Assembly: GCA_016748015.1 (NCBI GenBank)
Contig: JAAOMT010000429.1
Location: 278,743-342,742, forward strand
Origin: Geosiphon pyriformis uo1
Lineage: Eukaryota; Fungi; Glomeromycota
Direction: 5' to 3'
Length of the DNA: 64,000 nucleotides
Shown here: piece after piece, positions 52,781 through 64,000 of the stretch
Position numbering within the stretch: the first letter of the stretch is position 1
Layout of the letters: each line of letters opens with the position of its first letter
Program-made: the position numbers and the translations under genes
The notes under the pieces: model-generated
Told to the model about the DNA's origin: nothing
Database searches by the model: none
Seen by the model: only the letters and a program-made list of their open reading frames with translations

Positions 52781-54033
52781 AATTCTAGAATGTTGGAATT
52801 TACCCGGCTTAATTGAAGATATTAAAGGCTATACTTGTAACAGCAGCAGTGAAGGCTAGGGAATACATGTAAAACTTGAGCAAGAGAATGCATAGCAAGG
52901 AGCTTTACTTTTTTAGAATTAAAAAAACCTGGATATCATATTCAGGTAGATATCTCAAGATTAAATAAAAATTTTTAATTGAATGAAAGAGATTCTAAAA
53001 TTAATTATTTAAAAAATACTTTATTAGAATACTTGAAACTTAACTTCACACAAAAATAACAGTTTGTTAAAGATATCAAAAACATCATTTGTATAAAAAT
53101 TCAATTAAGAATTTCTCAAAAATTTTTCATAAAACCGATATCTAATTATTTCAGAAGCTTACTGTTGTTTGCAAACTTTAGAAATTTTCAAAAAAAAAAT
53201 AGTTTTATGGTCTTGGATTTCTCGTTTTTTAAATAAAATTTCAAAATTAGTTAAATAATCACTCGATTCTGATTTAGCTTGCTTTGTTAAGCCTAAAGAA
53301 TTTGGAAAATTTCAAGTCTTTGAATGAATATAAAGTTTTCTTAAAATAAACAATTTTTTTTCAAATAACTAATGAATTATTTTAAATCTTAAAAATTTGA
53401 ATCGGATGATTTTTGCAATAATAAAAATAAATGAATACTTTTATTTTTACAATCTGAGAAAAATCAGAATTACTTTACTACATAAATTTTCAAATAATAA
53501 GAAAATGACTAATAATACTTTTGGGTTTTTTTATTTCTCTTCAGGTTCAGAATATTTTACTGTAGAAAAATTGGAAATCTACTTAGAAGTTTTATTCAAA
53601 TGACTGGTCATAATATGAAATGAATAGCTTTAAAAAGGGGGATATTTGAACTCATTTTTAAAGAAATACTCGAATATTTATTATCTATTAAAACAATTAG
53701 GAATCGACTTTTCCCGCAAAACCAATTAGATTATTTTCTCTATCTCTGAACATTAAATTTTGAAAGAAATCAAACAATTATAATAGATTTTTATTTTAAA
53801 ATTAAAATTTTTTATTCAGTAATGCACTCCTATTGAAGATTCTGATGCCAAACCATTTCCATTTAAAGTTCATAAATTGTTTGAAAGCATTTTTTGGCAA
53901 AGAAAAATAAAACAGGGCTAGAAGGCCTTTGCATTTATTTATTCACATGGAACTGAAAAATCTATATATATATATATATATATATATTCAAAATGACTAG
54001 GATATTTGTAAAAAAAACTTTTCTCGGTTTAAT

Positions 54034-54812
54034 TCATAGAATAGAGTTTTTTAAAATCAATTGATTATCACAATATTTCGATATTTCCAAAGTCCAAAAG
54101 CCAATTCCTTGCCAAATCGTAACACTAGACAAGGGTAATTTTGATTTTAAAAACTTTTTCACCTTTCTATTATACCTTTCTAATGTATCATGTCCACTAA
54201 TAGCAAATCTTTCAAAAAGTCGTTTATCATAAGATTCCGAAGGATCAGAAATGGCAGGTTCATCACCATTTGAAAAAAATGCTATTCGGATGTCACGTTT
54301 CAACCCAAGTTCAATATTCCAAAGAACAATATCAAGAATTTGGTTCAACATCCCGTCAACCAATTTTGTCGCTGCTTGATGAACCATCGTATATTTACAT
54401 TCCTTAATCGGAATTTGAAAATAGTCCAATTCGATTTCTAACTCTTTGCGTGAGACTCCGATCATTGAAGTTGTTTGAATTTCTGGATTTCCAAAATATG
54501 GTAAAATTCCGATTCGATAAAATTGCATGATGTAATAAAAGGCATGTCCGTTTCTATCAAAAAAATATTCATTATTTTTATCAGGTCGAAGAAGTTCTTG
54601 ATTTCGTGGTTGAAACATTGTGCCAAGAAATGTATCAGGATAGGCGGTTAGTGTTGATCGAAACGTTTCAAACTGAATTAAATTTAAAATTAGTATCATG
54701 AATATTATAAAAAGGAACTTTCATTTAAAGTTCTTACCTTAATGCCACCAACGTTCAAAATCACTCGTTCCTTTCCGTCTGGGAGTATTAATTTGTCTTC
54801 CATTAATTTCAT
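54034..54812 (-). CDS. KCTD-type BTB/POZ (K+ channel tetramerisation-like, BTB_2) protein; exons 54812-54738, 54672-54034
   Basis: ERVILNVGGIK|FETFRSTLTAYPDTFLGTMF…EYFFDRNGHAFYYIMQFYRIG…ELDYFQIP. The GT-AG intron is in frame. Confidence 0.92.
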
Positions 54813-55371
54813 TACAATAAATTGGTTTTCGATCGAATTTATTCTGTTATATATATATTAATTTTTTTCAAGAATTTTCACGGCTTTATTGTTGATTATA
54901 ACGATTTTTGTCAATAAGGGGATCAACATGCATACAGTATCATTAAATGCCAAGAAGAAGCTTGGCGAATCAGTTATTCGAAATGAGGACCCCTTTATTA
55001 AAACAGGAAAATTAGATTTTGGTAGCTACGGTAATTTTTGTACAATAATTCAGGAAATGAATTCAACTTGAGTGATTGGCGGTAAATAGTTTTAGACTAA
55101 AAAAGTTTCATGAAATATTTTAAATTAAGAAGGGATATTTAAAGGGTTTTCACTTGAGAATAATTTCAAAATATTTATGTTTCCTGAAACATTCAAAGAA
55201 ATATTTGCTGCCTTCACTATAAAAATTACTTTGAATTTCGATTATTATTGAATTTATAAAAACTTTGGTAGATGAAAACTATTTAAGTTTGTTAGTTTTG
55301 GCTAAATCTATAAATTTCTTCTTCTTTATCCAATAAAATTAGCAAATTGATACAAGATGTATCAAAGATTA

Positions 55372-55842
55372 TCAAATATAAAACATGGTGACATTTATAT
55401 CACTTCCTTCAAAAGCTGTTTTCACAGCGTCATGCACAAAATCCAAGGGCAGCCCATCTAAGCCAGTCCCAATCCTAGGCATACTGACACCTTTAACACC
55501 TAATCCCTCACAACAAATGCGTAAAGAGAACAAGGCTTGAAAAAAATTATCTTTGTAAGGCTTATTGTGAACGTGATATTTGGTGATCATGTAGAAAATG
55601 TATCGACCTTCACGTCGTAAATAAGCGACTTCACCGACTCTTTTTTGTTGGGATCTAAGCTCCTTAATTCCTCCATACCGATTTCTGAATTGCAAAGCAA
55701 TACCGGCACCCATACAAATATCTTCAGAAATACAATGAGCCAATGCATCAGTTTGATCAGACCTCTTGAACAGATCACCTTTTGTTTCTTTGAAACGAGC
55801 TAGTGTTTCATTAAAATTTGCAAGAGATGGGTGAGATTGCAT
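55372..55842 (-). CDS. OARD1: Macrodomain protein, TARG1/OARD1 (Poa1-like) ADP-ribose glycohydrolase family
   Basis: KGDLF…ALAHCISEDICMGAGIALQF…YIFYMITK…SMPRIGTGLDGL. The catalytic Lys (ITK) and Asp (GLD) are present. The start is assumed at MQSHP; a splice-acceptor-like site lies just upstream, so an additional exon is possible. Confidence 0.9.
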   Translation of the reverse strand: MQSHPSLANFNETLARFKETKGDLFKRSDQTDALAHCISEDICMGAGIALQFRNRYGGIKELRSQQKRVGEVAYLRREGRYIFYMITKYHVHNKPYKDNFFQALFSLRICCEGLGVKGVSMPRIGTGLDGLPLDFVHDAVKTAFEGSDINVTMFYI

Positions 55843-56293
55843 TTTTCGGATAAAATTTGAAAGTTTCAAGCTGAAAAAATATTTAAAATATGATAAGAAA
55901 TTTCACTCAAATGTGTATTTTTTGATAGGACTACTTATTGTCTTATTGTGCTATCTTTGAGGCTGATTTACTGATGATATTTTCTACATTTCTGTACAAC
56001 TTGGATTTTATTTAGAAAGGTGAAGTAGGTCATAATTTATCTTGTTTAAATCAAAGGTAGGTGAATCAGTGATATCTCATCTTTGCGCTTTTGTCATTAT
56101 ATATTTAAAAAAGAAACTTTTTTAAATTGCTAAAATATTTGATTCCTTGCCTATAGAATTTCAGAAACTTTAAGAAATGAGCCTTTATAAAGTTTACAAG
56201 AGATTCTACAGTAAGCTCAATAGCTTCAAATGACCTTTTTCTATAGAATAATAATTTTTTAAATTTGGCGGTTTTTAATATCTGCGTGATTGC

Positions 56294-56294
<1 letters not shown>

Positions 56295-56341
<47 letters not shown>
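56295..56341. repeat. (TAA)n microsatellite
   Basis: Visible tandem run. Confidence 0.95.
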
Positions 56342-56344
<3 letters not shown>

Positions 56345-57832
56345 TTCTAACATATGTTTTTAAATGACAAATTTTGTTTTTTACAAAAATGTTAAGAAAT
56401 AAATTATTTATATATGAAATATTATTTCCCTCTATGTCTAGTTTAGTAGCAATTTTTCACAGACGAACATAATATTAACCTACTTTTCTCGATACATATC
56501 CTAATCTTTTTGTGACAAACATTACTGCCGTTTGTCAACTGTTTTCTAACTTTTCGATGTTGTATTTTCACAGCTAATATAACTAGTTTGGTGAGTTTAC
56601 TTAATTTTATCACCTTATCCCAAAAATACATTATCTTTTGCTGGACCAATGAATCATCTCTAATATGAATTATGCACAAGAGTGCAAGTTAATTCCGCTG
56701 GGAATCATTGAAATAAAATCTATCACATGAACATTCATTAATTGGGCAAGTTTTATATGAGCTGTTGATCAGCAAACTTTTTTTTATAGAAACGGCTCTT
56801 CTATTGATTCCATTACAAATAAGATTTATTAAAGATTCCTGCTTTAGAATGTGGATAAAGTAGGTTGTGTTTTTTTATAAATCAAACAAAGAAAGAATTC
56901 ATATATATATATATATATATATATTCTCATTAGATTTCGTTATTGGGGTTTCGGTTACTGTTGGCTCAATAAAAGATTTTTAACAAGGAAAACCTACTCC
57001 CTATCCATAAGGCCTTTGGAAAAAAAATGAACCAATCAATATTAAGAATTTGAAAAATCAATTAAACTTAAACAACCCTATCTATTCTCTAATCGTGTCC
57101 CAAAATTCATTGTTGGGATAACTGGGTATGTTTAAAAAAGCTGAAAATATTTGTAATACTATGAAATTATTTCTCTTCTTGCCGATGAAATTTCTCCGAA
57201 TTAAAATCTGAAAATTATCTTCAAACTCTCTTTAATAAAATCGTAATATTTCATGAACGAGCTTAGTTGGACAGAAATTGAAGTTCATGATATAGGGATA
57301 TTGTCTTTACAAGAAAGATTCTAATGGTAATTATTTAAAATTGTCAAATTTTAAATTAGGCTAACCACTGACTAATAATTTGGCTTTTAAATTTCGGAAG
57401 CTGGTTTCAATTTAGAGATACTCTTTCCAGATAGTTATTTGATTGTCGTCCATGTAGTTTAAAACGCAATTGAGACGTCTTAATTACAAGAATAAACTTA
57501 TTTTATACAACAAACGGCCCATTGGAAAGTTGATGGAGATTAGTTTCGAAGTTATTTTCGTTATAAAAGAAAACATTCGCTGCTTTCGTATTTTTACTCA
57601 GTCACATAGAAATGTTATTACCTTTAGGGCACCGCGTCCCGCAGATGATGTTTTGTCAACATATAAGCGCTTTATTTCCGGACCTATTTCAAGTGGTAAA
57701 TAAAAATAATTTGGCCCAATAGTTGATAATAATAACATCGACAGTATGATTGTGATTGTCCCAGCCAGATTCTACTCTATGAATGTCTTCCCGTTCTGCA
57801 CAACATACTGGTGGATATTACGGAGTTCGGGG

Positions 57833-57833
57833 A

Positions 57834-57872
<39 letters not shown>
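57833..57872. repeat. (TTA)n microsatellite
   Basis: Visible tandem run. Confidence 0.95.
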
Positions 57873-57873
<1 letters not shown>

Positions 57874-60800
57874 TGCTTCTGTATTCAAACAAATAAAATC
57901 TTTTGAATTTATTTGTTATCATGCAAAAAATTCAGATAATCATATCAAATAATAATGAAGTTTGAATGAAAATAATATTTAGATTACATTTTAACAAGTT
58001 TTTTCATTGGAAAAAAATTAATGTAAAAGTTTATTATTTAAGATTTATAAATTTATTAGAATAAATAAAACTTTAGAAAAGATCAAATAATATCAAATGA
58101 AAATTAATAAAAAATTTGTTTTTAAAATAGGGTTCTATTGATATATATATTTTTCATATTTAATTTACATTAAATTCTTTAATAAAACTGTATATGATAC
58201 ATTGAAAATAAAAATATTTTTTAAAATTTTATAAAACTATTCAATTATGTAAAAAATAGTTTTTAACAATAATAAAAGTATTAATATTAAAAATTTAATT
58301 GCATTATTTTAATTCAAAAACTCTTTTCTATTTTTAAAAAATAGATTTGCTTTTAAATTTTTAATATTGTTACACGAAATGATTTGGGAATTTTTTGTTA
58401 TAATTTAAAACCCAATCTTCCTTGTGCAAAAAAATAATAGACTTTTTCAAGTATTGTATTAAAACAATATTATTTTTTCATTACAATTTATAAGTTAATA
58501 TGTTGAAAAATTTTCAATTTGAATTGTTTCGTTGAGTACATTTAGTTAAAATTCTCTTCAACTTCATGAGATATGAATAAAATTTTTTTCCAGAATTTAA
58601 AAGTTTTATGAAAAATATTTATTCTTTATCCTTCGGAATATGCCTTTAATAAAAACGCTTAAAACTTAATATTTAATAACTAGAAAGCTTTTCCTGAAAC
58701 AAACTTGACAACCTTTTTTTCCTCAAAGACAATATTCCACTTATTGAAGGCAGAAGTGGTTACGTCAATAAATGAAAAAAGTTGTAAAGCTCAGAGATAA
58801 ATGCCGAATTTTGAGTTTTAAGATTGAAGAAATCTGAACTTTTTAATTGAATTGTCACCACTTTGAAATAAAACTTTATTTGATTCACAAACTTCAAAAT
58901 ATTTATCTTGTCGACTATAAATAATATCCCGTTTAATTTTTTTTATTCTAGCAGAATTTTTTGCAAGATTTTTTTTGATGCAACAATATTTTTTTAGTAA
59001 CATTTAATTTGTTGTTGTTGTTGTTGTTGTTGTTATTGATGAAAAATACCACTTTAAGGAAAAATTATTTAAAAACTTGCAAAATTTTTTAATTTATAAA
59101 TTTTATTATTTATAAAAAGGGCAACTTTAACTGGTAAGTTTCCTCTCAATTCTGAAAAGAAATTTTCAAAATCTTAACGTTTCTTTCACACCAAGAAAAT
59201 AATTTTTTTAAAGTCTAATTATTTTTCTCGAAAACTGTCAATAAGAATTATTTCGAAACGTAACAGACAAGCAAACTTTCGCTAATTATAACCCGTCTCC
59301 TCTGATAAAAATTTGAATTTTTTTTTTTTTTTTTTTTTTCGACAAAAAATTCTTAATACCTGTGCAGTATTTACAAAATAAAATAATATGAAATCTTCAT
59401 TTTTAAGTGCTAAATGAGAGATAATTTTGAAGTAAGTATAAAAAAAAAAATGGAAGTAATACTATATTTGATGAGGTATTGCAACACGTAATGCTAAAAC
59501 CCATAACTTATTTATACATTTTGTGATACCAATTTTTAAAAGTAACATTTAATGCAAAAAATATATGATTTTTAATATCAGGAAATTATATCAAGCAGTT
59601 GGAAATAAATTGAAAAAAAAGTCTGTAAACTCATAAGGGGCTACGCTTCTGGAAATCTAAAGGTGGATCAAATCCTTTGTTATAAAACTATCTATTCTTT
59701 ACATAAGTCTTGAAACTCAAATTAATTTTTCCAATCTTTGTACGAGTGTGCTAAGTCCCATTTTAATTATTGTGCCTAAATTTCCAATATTATGGGTGTA
59801 GTTTCATGTGAAAATTGATGTTTCCATTCACCTGGTAAAAAAAAAAAAGTTAACGAACAGATTCAAACAAACTTTGTATAATAAATATAGTTTATTTTAT
59901 AAATAATCTTTTTTAATTAGATTAAATTAAAATCTAAATTGCTAAAATACATTTCAGGATTTATATAATCAAAATAAATTTTTTCTTCTGTGAATTCTCT
60001 GAATAGATTTTTCGAAATTTTAATTAAAAAACTTAAGATATTTAAAATAAAAAGATTCTTGTCATTTATAGAATTTTTTTTTAATTGTTTATCAATCACC
60101 AAAGAAAAGAAGTTATGACAACTCCTCCAACCCTTCAAATTAATAAATATTTCTTTTTAATTGCTCCTCAATTCATTGGAAATTACTATTTTTAATCTCT
60201 TAAAGTATTAAACTTTTATAAAATGACCTCATTTTAGTTCCAAAAGTTAGTAGTGTTACCACACTTCAAAGCACCCCGTGATCGAATAAGTTATAAAATT
60301 GGTTATTTGACGACAGATCACCGAGTAAACTTAACCTGAACGTGGTTAACATGCATAATCAAGCAATACGTGATGTTATCATAAGATCCCGCATTTTCGA
60401 GTGGGAATATTATAATAGTGGCGTTTTGAAGGCTAAAAATAAAGACCTGAATCTTAAAAATTAATCAAGAACCTTTTTTGATTTAAAGATTCAAATTGGA
60501 TAAAAATTAAAGGTTAATGAACAATCTCATTCCTTAATCGTTAACAATACAACCTTTTTTAACCTCGGCTTCCATGTCATTGGGAACAATGGGTAAATCT
60601 TTTAGGCAATCGAAAAAGTTAAAAAAATTTTTTTTTTTTTTTTTTAAGGCATATAGCATTTTATTTCAAAAGAACAGGTTCTAAATCCTGAAGCTGGGTT
60701 TTTTTTTACCGATTCTTGCATAACTATGAAAAAAATATTTTCGGCTAAACTATACAAAGTTATTTGATAAGAATGTGAAGAAAGAACCCATTTGGTATTC

Positions 60801-61691
60801 TTACCAGGCAATCGTTCTTTACGTGACACTTGAATTTATACCTCAATCGAAACCTGCCCATTGGTATAGATGCCCATTTAATATGTGCAAAAGAAATTTG
60901 TATTCTAAATTCGCATGATAGATACGCTAAACTTTAACCTTAATGTGAGTGAGTGGTCAATGCTGTTGGACATTTACATAGATTTTTGAAATTATTCATG
61001 CATATCTTAGACTAGATTTAAATGTTCAAAGAGTACAAAATTTTTATTCATTTAAAGATTTACCATATAAAAAAAAACTTCGTAAAACACTACAATAAAT
61101 GGAATATTAAAAGTGAATGTCATTGAAAAGATCTCACAAAAATTATTTATAATATTGAGTTTGTTGCACTGTGAAAATAATTTTCACCCATTAAATTATT
61201 TCTGAAAATTTCCCGGGAAAACAATCACCAGCTCTTTCTCCACATTTTAAAAAATAATTAAGTTCTAAAGATTTATATATAAGTTATGAAAAATTTACGC
61301 CAAAAGTCTACCAAATTATCATTTCGTCATCATCACTCAAACATATTATAAGAAATATGCAATGCTTGGATTTTGACTGTCTTATATTTAGTACATGTGT
61401 TATTTGGTAGTAATGAATGTTTACATTATTGATGATGATGATGATGATGCATATATCTCAATAACAGAATGACCATTGTTGTTTAGTGTGTGACGTTTGA
61501 TTAACTAAATGATGCATTAATTTATATTAGCAATCTGAATTATCTATATATTCATCCATTACAAGATGCAGTGAATAGGGGATTTTGCATAATCCTTTAA
61601 AATACCTTTCCTATATTTTTGCCGCAGTCACGTGGGATGAACAAGCTCATTATATCATTGGTAAGGCAACGACTAATAGATTGGAATTAAG

Positions 61692-61692
<1 letters not shown>

Positions 61693-61737
<45 letters not shown>
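61693..61737 (+). repeat. Poly(A) tract upstream of the F-box gene
   Basis: About 45 consecutive A. Confidence 0.95.
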
Positions 61738-61740
<3 letters not shown>

Positions 61741-61937
61741 GAATTTACAACGATTGGTAGGTTTATAACCTCTCAAAATTTATAAATAAAAGAAATTTTT
61801 GATTATTCTTTACCATTAAAATATTTTCAAGTCAATTGATTAGTCGTTTCTTTAAAAAAAAAAATATCACCTTCTCTTTATTTGTTTGACAACGCATTCC
61901 ATTCTTTCCCTCTTTTTTGTTTTTTAAAATAAGAAAA

Positions 61938-62744
61938 ATGTTGTCATTATCAAATTACAATTTTCAAGAAAGAAACTTAATCAATCGACAACCTCTAAAT
62001 TTAACCCAACTTCCTGATGATATCTTGTATCAAATATTAAAAAACCTAGATATTTTAACGATTCAAAACCTTCGAATGACATGTCGAAACCTTCTCTACA
62101 TATTTCCAAACGAATACATCTTCTCTGACATGATTATACCCGCCAGGCTCTCGGAAGATCGTTTTATTCAATTACTTTTACGTTTACAATTCCTGAGTTG
62201 CCTGGATCTAGTCAGAAAGGTCATGTTCCTCAATTCCACAATCACGGGAAAAGCAGCCATAATGCTTCTTGAACAATGTGAAAAGATTCAAAAGATTTCA
62301 TTTATCGGTTGTCAAAAGATTATAATCCCATCATTGACAAGTAAACTAGTGGAATGGAAAGTAAATGAAACATATGAATCTCCAAAATTATTCTGCTTTC
62401 AAAATTTTGTCTTCTCTCGATGTGCAGGAGGTAGTCGACATGCACTTACCATAAATAAAATCAATTCCGACCTTCAAATCCTTCGATCCGAACCTAATTC
62501 CAGACCCTCAATATTCCAAGTGACAGAGTGCAACGACCCGAACTGTGAACAATGTACTTCGGAATGCGGAAATTGTGGTGTCAAATACAATTTTTGTGAT
62601 TCTTTTTGGATGAATTGTCGTTGGTGTAATAAGCGTCAATTTTGTGGCCCTTGTGTGGCATTTAGAGGAAGCCCAACAAACAATGCGTTTGCATATATGC
62701 GGCTCAAAATATGTCATCTATTCAATATACCTTGCCCGGAATGA
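61938..62744 (+). CDS. F-box protein with LRR-like middle region and Cys-rich C-terminus (intronless)
   Basis: F-box LTQLPDDILYQILKNLDILTIQNLRMTCRNL; LRR-like ITGKAAIMLLEQCEKIQKISFIGC; C-terminal CNDPNCEQC…CGNC…CRWC…FCGPC. Confidence 0.88.
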   Translation: MLSLSNYNFQERNLINRQPLNLTQLPDDILYQILKNLDILTIQNLRMTCRNLLYIFPNEYIFSDMIIPARLSEDRFIQLLLRLQFLSCLDLVRKVMFLNSTITGKAAIMLLEQCEKIQKISFIGCQKIIIPSLTSKLVEWKVNETYESPKLFCFQNFVFSRCAGGSRHALTINKINSDLQILRSEPNSRPSIFQVTECNDPNCEQCTSECGNCGVKYNFCDSFWMNCRWCNKRQFCGPCVAFRGSPTNNAFAYMRLKICHLFNIPCPE

Positions 62745-63870
62745 TGATCAATTCGAAACATTTTTACCGCAAAAATAAATTTTATTTACTGTATTTCCTA
62801 GCTATATCATAAATAGCAAAACCGATTTAATTTTTAACGGTTTTTTTTTTTTCCACCTTGTATAAAAAAAAATAGAAAATTTCCATTATCAGCGTATTAA
62901 GCTTCCAGAACTCGATCTACCTTTTTATTTTTTCTCTGCGTATATAACTTCGTTTCTTTTCAATCAAACAATATATATAGTTTAAATATTAAAATTATGC
63001 AACAGTTACAAAAAAAAAAATCCAATTTTTTTTTAAGTTTTTATTTTCGAATATACAAAACTCAAAAAAATTTAAAATAAGCTAGTATTTGACGGAAAAA
63101 ACTTTTGTCAAAATAATAAAAACCGGTTTTGAAAAATAATTTCTTTTGAAATTGAGAGTTAATGTTAAATTTTGAAAATACTTTGACTGAGGCTTTACTG
63201 TAAATAATACGATTTACGAGTCATTAATAAAAAAAGGCTAGGTCAAAAAAATTTTCGAATTTTTTTTTGTAACCAATCAAAACTACTGTAAATTGCTGAC
63301 TTGTAGACCCCTATAATTTATATCCTTCTTGTTTTTTATTAAGGTTCAAGATTTTGATTTATATCCCTTTATAATGGATAATACCGGATCTAAATAAAAA
63401 AAAATAGAAAAAATAAAAAGGGTATAAATCATAAGAAGGTCCACAAGTCAGCAACTTATAGTTGATCATGGTTTGAAATTTAAGATTCTAGCAAGAAATA
63501 TATTTCTCACCAATACAGAGTCCCCTAGGTACTAAAATGGATATTGGAAATACACGGATACATCAATCAGCACTTAAAGTATATTTTTCAAATACATATT
63601 TTTTTTCCAAATAAAATATATATACACGTAATATAAATAAATCAAATAACGCTTTAAGTTTCATTAAAAAATACTTTAAAAATACCTTTTAACACGATAA
63701 ACTTAAAATGATTTCCTTACCTAGCTTAAAAACTACAATTTATTAAAATATCTTGATGCACAATTACAAAAATGGATACCTCTACCAGGGGAATGGCTTT
63801 TTTAACTTTCAAAGGAGTGCATGATATCAACAAGAAATCATATGCATAAATTGTCATTATTATTATCATA

Positions 63871-64000
<130 letters not shown>

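Noticed and set aside
55347-55365. 8-bp hairpin TTGATACA-AGA-TGTATCAA just past the macrodomain stop
   Set aside because: Short and AT-rich, so expected by chance; bacterial-style terminators do not apply here.
56105-56353. Poly-Tyr ORF (likewise poly-Leu at 57746-57952 and poly-Lys at 61585-61785)
   Set aside because: Translations of microsatellites or homopolymers.
57400-57830. GC-richer patch that might be exons (similar patches at 3690-3900, 14500-14830, 49300-49620)
   Set aside because: I could not build a consistent spliced frame or recognise a domain.
46150-62744. BTB, KCTD and F-box genes as a ubiquitin-ligase gene cluster
   Set aside because: These families are highly expanded in such genomes, and the genes are kilobases apart with no shared elements seen.

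Overview
Very AT-rich eukaryotic DNA with short GT-AG introns. The gene and transposon repertoire (BTB-BACK-TLDc, KCTD-type BTB, Crinkler-like relics, multiplied class-3 lipase-like genes, dUTPase-carrying Ty3/Gypsy) points to a Glomeromycota fungus, plausibly Geosiphon or another Archaeosporales; this is an inference. Intact genes: a twin-finger GATA factor, three paralogous 5-exon lipase-3-like genes, a BTB-BACK-TLDc protein, a KCTD-like BTB protein, a TARG1/OARD1-type macrodomain protein and an F-box protein. A frameshifted KCTD pseudogene is also present. The centre of the window is a large inverted repeat (arms 17352-20774 and 39269-42521), each arm carrying a lipase-like gene. The arms enclose an 18.5 kb nest of transposons: a LINE (APE-RT-RNaseH), a solo LTR inside it, a full-length Ty3/Gypsy of the same family inside that LTR, and a solo LTR of a second family inside the Gypsy RT. 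Most notable: (1) all three lipase-like genes have Gly at the nucleophile Ser position (GHGLGG) while keeping the Asp and His, and each lies downstream of a Crinkler-N-terminal-like relic; (2) the Gypsy has a Cys-rich insert and a dUTPase between protease and RT, plus an extra 3' ORF; (3) the transposons show heavy C:G->T:A hypermutation in all sequence contexts, while the duplicated host genes are spared. All alignments and translations were done by eye, and relic boundaries are approximate.
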